Assembly (NCBI RefSeq): GCF_902652985.1 | Contig: NC_047033.1 | Location: 25,482,001 to 25,546,000 of the forward strand | DNA: 64,000 nucleotides | Source: Pecten maximus | Lineage: Eukaryota | Reading direction: 5' to 3' | Shown here: piece after piece, positions 37,386-51,500 of the stretch | Position numbering within the stretch: the first letter of the stretch is position 1 | Layout of the letters: each line of letters begins with the position of its first letter | Position numbers and translations under genes: made by a program | Notes under the pieces: generated by a model | What the model saw: the letters and a program-made list of their open reading frames with translations, nothing else | What the model was told of the DNA's origin: nothing | Databases searched by the model: none

Positions 37386-38071
37386 TTACTTTAAACAAAA
37401 TGTACATGCAAACATGGGCGATTCCCTATTCACACACCATAGGGCATCATATAGGGGTCGTATGGCGATCCCAGGGTTCAAAGTTCGGATCTTGGTTCTT
37501 TCATAGGTACATACTAATGCCCTATGGTACTGTGTGTCATCACTTCAAATGCTTGTTATTGGCCGTAGATATTGTAGAACGCACGACCGCGGCGGCCAGA
37601 ATGAAAAAAACAACCCTAGGTCAGACTCCTAAGATCATTAATTATTAATAGATAATGGGCGGACTTTAGGGTTAGTTTTCTGGGTCATAGGAAGGTGTCA
37701 AGTCCTTGTGACCATCTGCTATAAATGTCCAGCGGTTGTTGTCTGCAACGTTTTATAAAGTTTCTTTTCCGGTTTTTCCATTTCAATTATTTATTGACTT
37801 TAAATATGTCAAATGGATTGGACATCAGGCTAAGCATATATATAACCTTCCAAATTATTACAATCAAAATTGATATTTACATGTATTGGTATCCACTATT
37901 ACATGTTAGAATGTAAAAGAAATCTATTATATCAATTATCGTCATACCATTTATGCAGATTTACTTTTTCGTTTTGATGTGTGTATGTATACATCTGTTA
38001 GGCCATGTGTTTTCTACCTTGCAAGGTAGGTTGTACATTCATAAAGAAGTCAATATCAATGACAGATAAAA

Positions 38072-38077
38072 TTTATT
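38072..38077 (-). terminator. Candidate polyadenylation signal (AATAAA) of the ankyrin gene
   Basis: TTTATT on + about 1.3 kb downstream of the stop codon. Position only, no transcript evidence. Confidence 0.35.
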
Positions 38078-38604
38078 GACAACAAGTGTATAAATCAAAC
38101 ACCTGAGAATTTGAACATTAACAACACGAGCCTTTCAAATGAAACATTTTATCATAATCAAAATGAAAACAAAATGTATTATGCACCATATCATGGGAAG
38201 AGAAATCACATTATCCGAATAAATATGTATAACGTTGTCTCAATGTATGTATTCAGGTGTGGTCACAATTCATTTACATTATATATCATGACCATTCCCT
38301 ACTCTCATAAGAGGCCGCTGGTCGGCTCTTTTTCTATCGGATATGATTTCGCCGACTGCGACACGGTGCCTGTCAAAAGTATCTCGCCGTGTAAAACCTC
38401 CAACATTGTTGGAGTAGACCATTCCCCCGTCTCCTGTCTGACATCATTTCAACCCTGTGGACCTTTTCCCTCTTACATTACATAATTTTCATTTGTTGTG
38501 TGTGAATGGATGACAGATTTCTTTTCTGATTATATAAGAATATGTCTTTCCTCCAGTAAACCTATCATACACCTAAATAGCGTAATTCGAATTTTCATTC
38601 AAAC

Positions 38605-39265
38605 CATGGAGGTCCAATTATACTTTACTCTATCCCTGAAGGGTGGTTTTCATAGTCTTGCCTACAATACCTGGAGGGTGGTATTCATATCCAAGGCTAC
38701 AATACTTTACTCTAACCATGGAGGGGGTTTTTATATCCTTGACTACAATACTTTACTCCAACCCTGGAGGGGGGTTTTCATAGCCTCGACTACAATACTT
38801 TACTCTAACCCTGGAGGGTGGTTTTATATCCTCGGCTACAATACTTTACTCCAACCCTGGAGGGCGGTTTTTATATGCTATACTACAATACTTTACTTCA
38901 ACCCTGGAATGTAATTTTAATATCCTAGACTACAATAATTTAATCCAACCCTGGAGGGTTGTTTTCATATCCTCGGCTACAATACTTTACTCTATCCCTG
39001 AAGGGTGGTTTTCATAGCCTTGACTACAATACCTGGAGGGTGGATTTCATATTCTCGGCTACAATACTTTACTTCAACCCTGGAGGGGGGTTTTATAGCC
39101 TTGACTACAATACTTTACTTCAAACCCTGAAGGGTGGTTTTCATAGCCTTGACTACAATACTTTACTCCAACCCTGGAGGGTGGTTATCATTACCATGGT
39201 TACAGTACTTTACTCCAACCCTGGAGGGCGGTTTTCATAACCATGGCTACAGTACTTTACTCCAA
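38605..39265. repeat. 46-47-bp minisatellite (CTACAATACTTTACTCCAACCCTGGAGGG...) in the probable 3' UTR of the ankyrin gene
   Basis: TACAATAC recurs at 38744, 38791 and 38837. Confidence 0.9.
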
Positions 39266-39404
39266 CATTTGAGTCACTAGATTTCACACACAAGTAAACA
39301 AGTCATAAACACATGAGGTACGTGTTCGTAATACCTTAACAACAAAACCCAATTTAGTCAATTACCAGCGCTGAAATCATGTCCCTTCATTAAGAAAATT
39401 CAGA

Positions 39405-39588
39405 CTACTTCTTACTAGTGTCTTTGCTCTCTCTGATTTGATGAGAATGTTTGAGCTGTTCGAATCGTTCGTGGACCTTCTCCAGACTAATGGTGGAGCC
39501 TGTCGTACTTGGAGGTTTGTGGTAGCGTGCAGCTTCCGACACTGACGAAGAGGGTGACACCGTAAAGGCAGCATTTGGCATCCTTTGT
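39405..39588 (-). CDS. Ankyrin gene terminal coding exon (QRMPNAAF...KDTSKK*)
   Basis: Acceptor TTGCAG, phase-2 entry matches the previous exon, TAG at 39405-39407. Confidence 0.75.
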
Positions 39589-42500
39589 CTGCAACATTAA
39601 ACAAGGATGGATAGTATTGAAACAGCAATACAAAGTCCCCTGCCTGAGCTAGAAGTGCAGCTATTCATTTCCCATTTTTTTTTTGAAAAATGGTTTTTCG
39701 GAAAAAAAAACAAATGTGGGATGCACAACTACATGTTATACTGATCATGTATACCAAGTTTCGTTAAGATCGGAGTAGTACTTTAGGAGGAGTTGTCCGG
39801 ACAACTATTGCGTGACAGACAGACAGACGGACGGATGGACAGACGGACAGAGGGTAAACCTATAGTCCCCCCGTTTTTCAAACGGCAGGGGACTAATAAT
39901 CACTCCTGTACCTTCAATACAATTCACGTCTCTCAGAAATGGATGTCCTATAGTGCCATTGTTTGGTTAGAAATATTGACCTTGACCTTGATATAGTAAA
40001 AACTGAACATATGCTCAAAAGAAATGAAGTTGCAAGTGCCCTGACAAAGATAATGATCTTGAACTTGGAACCCTGACAGACAAATTTATCTGCCTCATCT
40101 TCGTATCAAGTTAAAATGAAGTCATTAGACTGATGCACAAACGTAATTCTATCGAAGAATTTCTTAAAAAAACCTTACTCCAATGTCTATCTAAATAAAA
40201 CTCTGTAATGTATGTAGCAGAGGTGTAGGGATGAAACCAAGAATGATAATTAACTGGTATAAATGTACATACCTGACTGGGTGGCCTTTACGGGCCTTTT
40301 GTACCATTTTGATGACTGATTTGTTACTGCTTGTTTCCTCAGCTAGCTGACCGGTCAAGGTCAAAAGGTTAATGTCAATACCGTCTGTGGTCAGTAGTTT
40401 GTCCAGAGATTTCTTCCTGACCAATTTACAGGCGAGGTGTAGCGGTGTAAAACCAGCAGAGTTCTGAGTATTGATACATGTAACATCGGCACGAAGCAAG
40501 CTTTCCAATATCAAATGGTTATCTCCCCCTTCTAGGGCATCTGTGAATTGGCATAGAACCATCCAGGAAATTGACTGCACACACATGGCTAACAAATCCA
40601 TCTAAAAATAGATTTTAGATTATTTTAGACGATCTTGCGTTTCCAGCAGCACTAATTGTCACACTTGCCGAACTTGCTTGACATTCTTGAAAATTTTTGT
40701 TTGAAAAATAACTTATATCAAAGCTGTTAAAGATAAAATATCATCATGTAACTTAACCCTTTCAACCCTAAGAAATGTTGGTGGACTCAGCCATTCATTC
40801 ATCATTTGAAGTCCAATACGGTCAGTAGGGGTGAAAAGGTTAAGATTAACATTCATTACAATTAAAATTGTTAAACATATCATCATTACACAAAGGCAGT
40901 TTGATACTTCTAGCAAAAACTCTGATTAAGTACTGTAACAGTACTTCACAGCAAGACAGCTTTATAACATTCATATTATTTTAGGAAAAAAATGAGAAAA
41001 GGGAGAAGAGAAACTTTGTTGTTTTTGTTTGATGTCCTTTTAACAGCCAGGGTCATTTAAGGACGTGCCAGGTTTTGGAGGTGGAGGAAAGCTGGAGTAT
41101 CCAGAGAAAAACCACCGGCCTACGGTCAGTACCTGGCAACTGCCCCACGTAGGTGTCAAACTCGCAACCCAGAGGTGGAGGGCTAGTGATAAAGTGTCGA
41201 GACACCTTAGCCACTCGGCCATCGCGGCCCCAGGAAGAGAGAAACTGTAACAAGAGGCCCATGGGCCTTAACGGTCATCTGACTCAAAATTAAAGACCCT
41301 TATACTATTGTAGTATGCATTCTCTGTAGCATGTATAGTGGCACTGTGGGCCATGGTGGCCATCTTGGATTTCTGACCGACCTGAAAAATAGCAACACTA
41401 GGTCAAGACCATCTCAGGATCATTTCTGGTAAGTTAGAGCTAAATCCCACTGATGGACTTTGAGAAGAAGTTTTAAATAGGTGTTGTTAAGGAAGAACCA
41501 TGATTGTGCAATCATGTTACAAAATGGCCGCCGTGGCTGCCATGTCAAATTTTTTAAGAGGCCGAAAAATAAAAACACTTTGTTGGCTCTCCTTCCTTAA
41601 CATCCACACCAATTTCCAGCTCAATGGCACCAGTGGAACTGGGGAAGAAGTTTAAAATGTGTTTTTCAAGATGGCTGCCATGGTGGCCATCTTGGATTTC
41701 TGACTGACCCGATAAATAACAACACTTGGTCAGGATCATTTCTGGTAAGTTAGAGCTGAATCCCACTGATGGAATTTGAGAAGAAGTTTGAAATAAGTGT
41801 TATTAAGAAGAACCATGATTGCGCAATCATGTTACAAAATGGCCACCGTGGCTGCCATGTCAAAGTTTTTACGGGGCCGAAAAATAACAACACTTTGTTG
41901 CCTCTCCTTCCTTAACATCCTCACCAATTTCCAGCTCAATGGCATGAGTGGAACTAGAAAAGAAGTTTAAAATGTGTTTTTCAAGATGGCTGCCATGGCG
42001 GCCATCTTGGATTTCTGACTGACCCGATAAATAACAACACTTGGCCAGGACCATCTCAGGATCATTTCTGGTAAGTTAGAGCAGAATCACACTGGTGGAA
42101 TTTGAGAAGAAGTTTTAAATAGGTGTAGTTAAGGAAGAACCATGATTGCGCAATCATGTTACAAAATAGCCACCATGACTGCCATGTCAAAGTTTTTACG
42201 GGGCCGAAAAATAACAACACTTTGTTGCCTCTCCTTCCTTAATATCCTCACCAATTTCCAGCTCAATGGCACCAGTGGAACTGGAGAAGAAGTTTAAAAT
42301 GTGTTTTTCAAGATGGCTGCCATGGCGGCCATCTTGGATTTCTGACCGACCTGAAAAATAACAACACTTGGTCAAGACCATCTCAGGATCATTTCTGGTA
42401 AGTAAGAGCTGAATCCCACTGATGGAATTTGAGAAGAAGTTTGAAATAGGTGTTGTTCAGAAGAACAATGATTGCGCAATCATGTTACAAAATGGCTGCC

Positions 42501-45500
42501 GTGGCTGCCATGTCAAAGTTTTTACGAAGCCGAAAAATAACAACACTTTATTGGCTCTCCTTCCTTAACATCCTCACCAATTTCCAGCTCAATGGCATGA
42601 GTGGAACTGGAGAAGAAGTTTAAAATGTGTTTTTCAAGATGGTTGCCGTGGCGGCCATCTTGGATTTCTGACCGACCTGAAAAATAACAACACTTCCTCA
42701 GGACCATCCCAGCATCATTTCAGGCAAGTTTCAGCTCAATCTGACTAGTGGAACTTGAGAAGAAGTTTAAAATGTGTTTTCAAGATGGCGGCTGTGGCGG
42801 CCATCTTGGATTTCAGACCGACCCGAAAAATAACAACACTTGGTCAGGACCATCCCAGCATCATTTCAGGCAAGTTTCAGCTCAATCCCACTGGTGGAAC
42901 TTGAGAAGAAGTTTGAAATGTGAAAAGTTTACGCACGGCGGACGGCGGACGGCGCACGACGACGGACGAAACATGATGACTATAGGTCATCCTGACCCTT
43001 CAGGTCAGATGACCTAACAAGAGGCCCAGGGGCCTTAACGGTCATCTGACTCTAAATTAAAACCCTTATATTATTGTAGTATGTATTCTCTGTAGCAAGT
43101 ATATAGTGGCACTGTTGGCCATGGTGGCCATCTTGGATTTCTGACCGACCCAATAAATAACAACACTTGGTCTGGACCATCTAAGGATAATTTCTGGTAA
43201 GTTAGAGCTGAATCCCACCGGTCGAATTTGAGAAGAAGTTTGAAATAGGTGTTGTTCAGGAAAACCATGATTGCGCAATCATGTTACAAAATGGCTGCCA
43301 TTGCTGCTGCCATGTCAAAGTTTTTACAAGGCCGAAAAAATAACAACACTTTGTTGGCTCTGCTTCCTTAACATCCTCACCAATTTCAAGCTCAATCACA
43401 CCAGTGGAACTGGAGAAGAAGTTAAAAATGTGTTTTTCAAGATGGTTGCCATGGCGGCCATCTTGGATTTCTGACTGACCCATAAATAACAACACTTGGC
43501 CAGGATCATCTAAAGATCATTTTTGGTATGTTAGAGCTGAATCCCCCTGGTGGAATTTGAGAAGAAGTTTCAAATAGTTCAGGAAAACCATGATTGCGTA
43601 ATCATGTTACAAAATGGCCACCTTAGCTGCCATGTCAAAGTTTTAACGATGCCAAAAAATAACAACACTTTGTTGACTATCTTTCCTTAACATCCTCACC
43701 AGTTTCCAGCTCAATTGCACCATTGAAACTGGAGGAAAAGTTTAAAATGTGTTTTTCAAGATGGTTGCCATGGCGGCCATCTTGGATTACTGACTGACCT
43801 GAAAAATAGCAACTCTTGGTCAGGACCATCTCAGGATCATTTTTGGTAAGTAAGAACTGAATCCCATCAGTGGAATTTGAGAAGAAGTTTCAAATAGGTG
43901 TAGTTCAGAAGAACCATGATTGCACAATCATGTTACAAAATGGCCGACGTGGCTGCCATGTCAAAGTTTTTACAAAGCCAAAAAATAACAACCCTTTGTT
44001 GACTCTCCCTCCTTAACATCCTCACCAACTTCCAGCTCAATCGCACCAGTGGAACTGGAGAAGAAGTTTAAAATGTGTTTTTCAAGATGGTTGCCATGGC
44101 GGCCATCTTGGATTTCTGACTGACCTGAAAAATAACAACACTTGGTCGGGATCATCTCAGGATCATTTCAGGCAAGTTTCAGCTCAATAGCACTGGTGGA
44201 ACTCGAGAAGAAGTTTCAAATGTGTTTTCAAAATGGCGGCTGTGGCGGCCATCTTGGATTTCAGACTGACCCGAAAAATAACAACACTTGGTCGGGACCA
44301 TCCCAGCATCATTTCAGGCAAGTTTCAGCTCAATCCCACTGGTGGAACTTGAGAAGAAGTTTGAAATGTGAAAAGTTTACGCACGGCGGACGGCGAACGG
44401 CGGACGGCACACGACGACGGACGAAACATGATGACTATAGGTCATCCTGACCCTTCGGGTCAGATGACCTAAAAAGGGTAGGCTGTTATTTTTGGGGCAC
44501 CTAGTGTAAAGCATTAATTGGTAAAGCCATGGTTATCATCAGCATAGTTCCTCGTTTTGTAATTTTTGGGCACCGATATAGCTTTATTACAGCAACATTA
44601 TCTTCCTTACAAATCCTAGTCCTGTGATTGTCGACAATATATGACATTTGATGGGTTCATTACACAGGAAAGAAACCTACCGTGATAGATTGACAGGCCT
44701 TTTGGCTTCTCCACATCACTCAGAAGGCTCTCTACACGACTTGGAGGCCGAATACTTTCTCCACTCATCTGACCCCTGTAATGTGATAAAAATCTGGAAT
44801 AAATGTTCAGTATGAATAATGGCCTTCCCATGTGCTACCAATCAATCTTTTAATTGTACCAGAAAATAAAACACAAAAATACAGAATATGGTTGTAGTCT
44901 TGACTTAATTTCTCCACTATATGATGCTATACCTAAATTTGTTCGGACAATTATCAGATGTCCAACTCCATTGATAACCCATCTATTTATCCAGCAATAA
45001 GCTTATGCCTGGTAAAAAGTCCATCCATGTCTAAACAGTTCAGTAGACAGTTTGCCCCTTGAGGCCAACTCGATTTGAACACTTCTCAGAAGAGAATTTA
45101 AGCCTTCTCAGAAGATTGCATTCAGTTATATGCAAATCGAGTAAACCGGAAGAACACAACCCAAAACAAACCAGTTTTTAAGTTTTCTCGATCACTGTGA
45201 CATAATACCTGTCCATGTATGTGCCTTAAATCCTTATCTAGTGAAACTCATCACTTTTTTTTTTTTTGCATGTCGCACACTTAAACATGGTCGCCGCCAT
45301 CTTGGAAGATAAATTTTCCAGCGTCGAGAAGGAAGAGGTAGAAGATCTTCCAGAAGCAGAAGGAGAAGAGTGCAAATCAAGTTGGCCTCTGGGCTTATTG
45401 CAGGAAATAAGTTGATAATGATTAATCCTTACCACTGCCCTGTTTGCGTTTCACCGCTGTCTGACTCAGAATTCTTTCTCTGATATGCTGAATTATGCTT

Positions 45501-48500
45501 CTCAAAAGATTCTCCAGAATCTGAAGGGAAAAGTGATATTCAATTTTAAATAAACTACATCTCCGGCCATCATTAAACCTAAGCAGATGTACATACACTA
45601 AGGATGTAAGCTACAATTTGGTTTGGTTTGTTTAACGTCCTATTTACACCCAGGGTCATTTAAGGACGTGGCAGGTTTTGGAGGTGGGGGAAAGTACCCG
45701 GAGAACAAGAATATCAGAGTAAGCTAGGTTTATTCATGTCAATATATTTTTTAGTCCTTCATTCCAGCATACTATTGGCCTAAGATCGGGTCTTGGCTCT
45801 TGGCTCTAAGCATGCTACAGACAGGCCCAATATCAAGTCCCTGGGCCTCTTGGTTATTGAGAAGAAGTCTTTTAAAGATTTTAACCTATTTGACCCATGT
45901 GACCTTGAATGAAAGTCAAGGTCATTTATTTGAACAACTTGGTAGCCCTTCACCCCAGCATGCTACAGGCCAAATATCAAGTCCCTTGACCTCTTGGTTA
46001 TTGAGAATAAGTCGTTTGAAGATTATAACCTATTTGACCCATGTGACCTTGAGTGAAGGTCAAGGTCATTTATTTAAACAAACTTGGTAGCCCTTCACCC
46101 CAGCATGCTACAGGCCCAATATCAAGTCCCTGGACCTTTTGGTTATTGGGAAGAAGTCATTTGAAGATTATAACCTATTTGACCCATGTGACCTTGAATG
46201 AAGGTCAAGGTCATTTATTTTAACAAACTTGGTAGCCCTTCACCCCAGCATGCTACAGGCCCAATATCAAGTCCCTGGACCTCTTGGTTATTGAGAAGAA
46301 GTCGTTTGAAGATTATAACCTATTTGACCCATGTGACCTTGAGTGAAGGTCAAGGTCATTTATTTAAACAAACTTGGTAGCCCTTCACCCCAGCATGCTA
46401 CAGGCCCAATATCAAGTCCCTGGACCTTTTGGTTATTGGGAAGAAGTCGTTTGAAGATTATAGCGTATTTGACCCCTGTGACCTTGAATGAAGGTCAAAG
46501 TAATTTATTTTAACAAACTTGGTAGCCCTTCACCCCAGCATACTATAGGCCCAATATGAAGTTCCTGGGCCTCTTGGTTATTGAGAAGAAGTTGTTTAAA
46601 TGAAAAAGTTGACGCCGGACGGACGACGGACGCCGCACCATGGCATAAGCTCACTTGCCCTTCGGGCAGGTGAGCTAAAAACCACCGGCCTACGGTCAGT
46701 ACCTGGCAACTGCCCCATGTAGGTTTTGAACTCACAACCCAGAGGTGTAGGGCTAGTGATAAAGTGTCAGGACACCTTAACCACTTGGCCACCATGACCC
46801 CCCATAAGCTACAACACTGGAGAAATTACACCCTATCATCAAGAAAGTGTAGACCATGTCTCAAAAAGTTTATACCACCTCCAGATATCCCCATAAACAG
46901 AAACTCCAAAGATTGAGGCACTCTGTTTTGGTAAAGGACAAAAGGCTGGTTTGGGAAATTGCTGTGCATGTGTATTACTTTTTCTTAAAATCAATTATTT
47001 ATTTAAACCACAAAAATGAAACTGATGAATTTAAAGGCAAGACCAAAATATCAAATAGTAACTAAATAATTCACAGACTTGTCTCTCATTTCATTTGTTA
47101 AAGATTTAAAAGATTTTTCTGTCATCCTCTAGGATATGGTACCGATAGAACAAGCTGGCAATAAAACAATGACATATCAACAATTCAATTATGTCACCAA
47201 TAACAATTGTGTTTCATCACAATAACTGGATCATATGTAAATAAGATAGTATGATGGGAGAAAAAGTAATCATCCCCGACTTCAAGTAAGGAAAGATTCT
47301 TTAAATCAATAATCATCCCCACCTCAAGTAAAGAAAGATTCTATTAGTAAGGAAAGATTCTATTAGTAAGGAAAGATTCTATTAGTAAGGAAAGATTCTA
47401 TTAATATATAATCGTCCCCCACCTCAAGTAAGGAAAGATTCTATTAATATATAATTGTCCTCAACCTCAAGTAATGAAAGATTCTATTAATCAATAATCG
47501 TCCCCCACCTCAAGTAAGGAAAGATTCTATTAATATATAATCGTCCCCGACTTCAAATAAGGAAAGATTCTATTAATATATAATCGTCCCCCACCTCAAG
47601 TAAGGAAAGATTCTATTAATATATAATCGTCCCCACCTCAAGTAAGGAAAGATTCTATTAATATATAATTGTCCCCAACCTCAGGTAAGGAAAGATTCTA
47701 TTAATCAATAATTGTCCCCAACCTCAAGTAATGAAAGATTCTATTAATATATAATCGTCTCCCACCTCAAATAAAGAAAGATTCTATTAATATATAATTG
47801 TCCTCAACCTCAAGTAATGAAAGATTCTATTAATCAATAATCGTCTCCCACCTCAAATAAGGAAAGATTCTATTAATCAATAATTGTCCCCCACCTCAGG
47901 TAAGGAAAGATTCTATTAATCAATAATTGTCCCCAACCTCAAGTAAGGGAAGATTCTCTTAATCAATAATCATCCCCCACCTCAAGTAATGAAAGATTCT
48001 ATTAATCAATAATTGTACCCAACCTCAAGTAAGGAAAGATTCTCTTAATCAATAATCATCCCCACCTCAAGTAATGAAAGATTCTATTAATATATAATTG
48101 TCCCCAACCTCAAATAAGGAAAGATTCTATTAAATTATATAATTGTCCCCAATCTCAAGTAAGGAGAGATTCTATTAATCAATAATTGTCCCCCACCTCA
48201 GGTAAGGAAAGATTCTATTAATCAATAATTGTCCCCCACCTCAGGTAAGGAAAGATTCTATTAATCAATAATTGTCCCCCACCTCAAGTAAGGGAAGATT
48301 CTATTAATTAATAAAGCTGTAGACATCACATATTCCAATAGGCCAGATACTCTGACTTAAGATACTACATTCTTCACTTAGACAGTACTTTTAGCTCTAA
48401 TAGTTTGTATGTGAAAATCGTTAATCATGCATAATTCTTCTTTACTCAAAATATTTTTTTGGTTTGATTGACAATTCATTGGTCTCAAATCTAGAAACAG

Positions 48501-51500
48501 ATTTTGAGTTTGTAATTTGATGAATAATCCATTTTAAATTCACCGTGACATTTCTTACATACAATATTATAATCTATTCTACCATGTTTGTTTTGCAACG
48601 GCAGTTTTGATTGGTTTAAAACCATGTATTATTTTCCAATAATACATGCTCGTGCCAATAATACACGCTCGTGAGTCACGGCTGTTACAACTTTATATAT
48701 CTAATATTCACTTATTTCTTAGGTTACAATAGCCGAGTGGGCTAATGGGTTAGTCTTTCATTAATTTTTTATCACGACGCGAGTTCGAATCCTACGGAGG
48801 CCCCCTTCTTTTTTATTTTCTTTATCCCTTTTTTTTAATTTTCATATTCAACGCCATATTATATATGCTCTTGATCGTAGTACTGTAGTGCCTGTAAAGA
48901 AATGTATATTTCATCAACAAATAATGCAATACTCAAGAAATAAATTACAAGGTTTTCCCGGGGTTTCTTTGCTGTTTTTCTATTAGAAAGAGGTCGATCT
49001 CAGAACTAAACAGTACATGGTAGAATAGAACCATATTTTAACTCGGATATTTTGCAATTTTAATTAATAACTCAGGCCTGCGGCCGTCGTTATTAATTTA
49101 ATTGCAAAATATCCTCGTCCTCGTTGTATATCCTGCAACAATACACGAGTCATCGTTAATTATTTCTTAAGTAATTAGCACTGTTTTAATATTAGTTAGT
49201 ATACTGAGTTTACGTATTAGATTTCTCATTCCCCAGTGATGTCAACAAGATATCCACTTCCCATGTATGTGTAATGATAGGACAAACTTATACAAGAACA
49301 GGATCTATATTGACATATCAACAGGCATATGTCACTCAATTGCTCGAACATTTGTTTACCACGAAGAACATACATGTACATGCAATATACACAATGTCAT
49401 GTACATTGTGTTAAGTTACAAGTTTTGAATCTCCAGTTAAATTCTATAATCGCTGCTTGTAAAACTCTTGACTTGCATAGGTATAAATTTGTAATATTTT
49501 TCAGTTAAGACGATAAAAGTTTACCTTCTAGCTTTGTGGTGCCACTGGTGACTGTAGCAGCATCAAGAACACCAGAGTCAGCATCCGAATCTGACCTGTA
49601 ATATAAGCATATCTATTTTTTTATGGCACCATAACACAAAAGTCAGGACTCTAATGGTTTGGTACTACATATATATATATTGGAACAAATTAACCATTCA
49701 TGGGTGAAAATATCCGAGGCTTGAATTACTGAAATACATTTGGAGCTGGTTTTGCTAAAATTGACATACAAGGTATATACACGTGTATATATATATATAT
49801 ATTGGGGGAAATGTGTCCAAACCCAGTAATTATAATGAAAACTCTCACCCAATACATGTGTTATATGAAAGATGACCAAATAATCTATATTGCTGACAAT
49901 GGCAGGTGAAGTCTACGATCACACAAGTATGGGTGCGTAAAATACGTCCTAATACGAGCTTGGCCAAGTGTAGGCTACCCCCTTGTAGTCAGGCATGGCT
50001 GAACATCAGCTTCAGGACGAGGTGACATAAACACATTCTCTTAGAGATGTCAGCTCGTCAGGTACATTCACAACACATATGTATTAACCTACCCAGTATC
50101 AGACTCTGTGGTGTTCTGTTTGTACACAGCTGAAGCTAACAGGAAGTTGGCCACCTCCGTATGACCTACTCTACATGCCACCATCAAAGGTGTGTCGCTT
50201 TTCCTGTCCCGCAGGTTATGGTCAAAAGGAGGCTGGATAATAAAGGTCAATGTCAAGCTTTTAAAATTCAAAATTCAAAATGGTGATTTTATGCACATCC
50301 AGAAGAAAATCATACCGTATACTGTAGCTAAACATAAACTTTACATATCTATATACCGGTATTTATTTTCAAATTGAAATCTTTTCTTGTCAACAATAAA
50401 ATTCAGTGTTCAAATACTCATAGTTTCTCTCCCTTTAAGATGTTTGCCTACACGTGCTTCAAAATAGTTATCTCTCTATTATATAACTCACAAGAGTTAT
50501 CGTTCCTTTATGCAACATTTTGTGTCAAGCTCATGAGAATTTGCGAAGCTTTGCTGATCTGGTTATCCAGTGGAAGACACATGTTTTTTTCAAAATTCAT
50601 CCACCTGATTTTCTCTCTTGCAATGAATAAATAAAAACACTTTAAAGGAATTAAAAAAGAGTGCTATTTTCTTTGTATACAGAATTTAAATGTCACAAAT
50701 AATGATTTTTCTCAAAATGCCAAATTTATAGTAATTATTAAGGATTTTTTGTAGAATGATCTTAGGAATCAATTATCTAAGCTTTTTTCAATTTTTGACA
50801 CTTCATAATCTGGATAATCAGTACAAAATAAATTGAAAATTTTCTACCCACACAAAATTTTGATATGGGTGTAGGCAGCCACCTTAAAGATAGTTTCATT
50901 CATTTTTACAGACAGCTTATAATCATTTGTACACATAAAGCCTACCTTCCATATTTTGCGTAACTCCTGTAGCCTCTTTTTAGACTTGTTCCGAATGAGT
51001 TTCATCACGTCGTTTGTATGTTTGTGTCGATGAGACTCAATCTCGTTAAACACCCCACCGTAGGCATACTCAGGAAGAGAAAACAGGACACCATGGCCGT
51101 CAAGTAGTGCTGTCGTGGCTCCCCGTGACAACAGCAGTTTCACAATCTGCATGTAGCCTGTTAACGTAATGAAAATACTGCTGATGTCGATGATAATATA
51201 ATAGGTCTAACAATAGAACTGTCCATCAAGCCTTAAACTGCTGTTTATCTTACTTGTGGTAAATTCAGCCATGACAAAATTAATTCAAAAATAAACTCTT
51301 GATATCATTGCTCACATGTTATTGTCAGAAGATAATTTGTTCTATTAATAATAATTGATGAATCTAGTTTTGAAATTTCAATTTTATTGACTGAATTCTA
51401 CATTGTTTCTGTTTATAACTTCCATAATTACCTGAAAATTCACATCAACACATTCTATGAAACCTAACTGTTGTTTAATATCTAAACGACATGTGATAAC

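Noticed and set aside
45238-45435. Ser-rich minus-strand ORF as an extra ankyrin-gene exon
   Set aside because: It is out of frame with the adjacent exon, the implied intron would be under ~45 nt, and no compatible donor was found.
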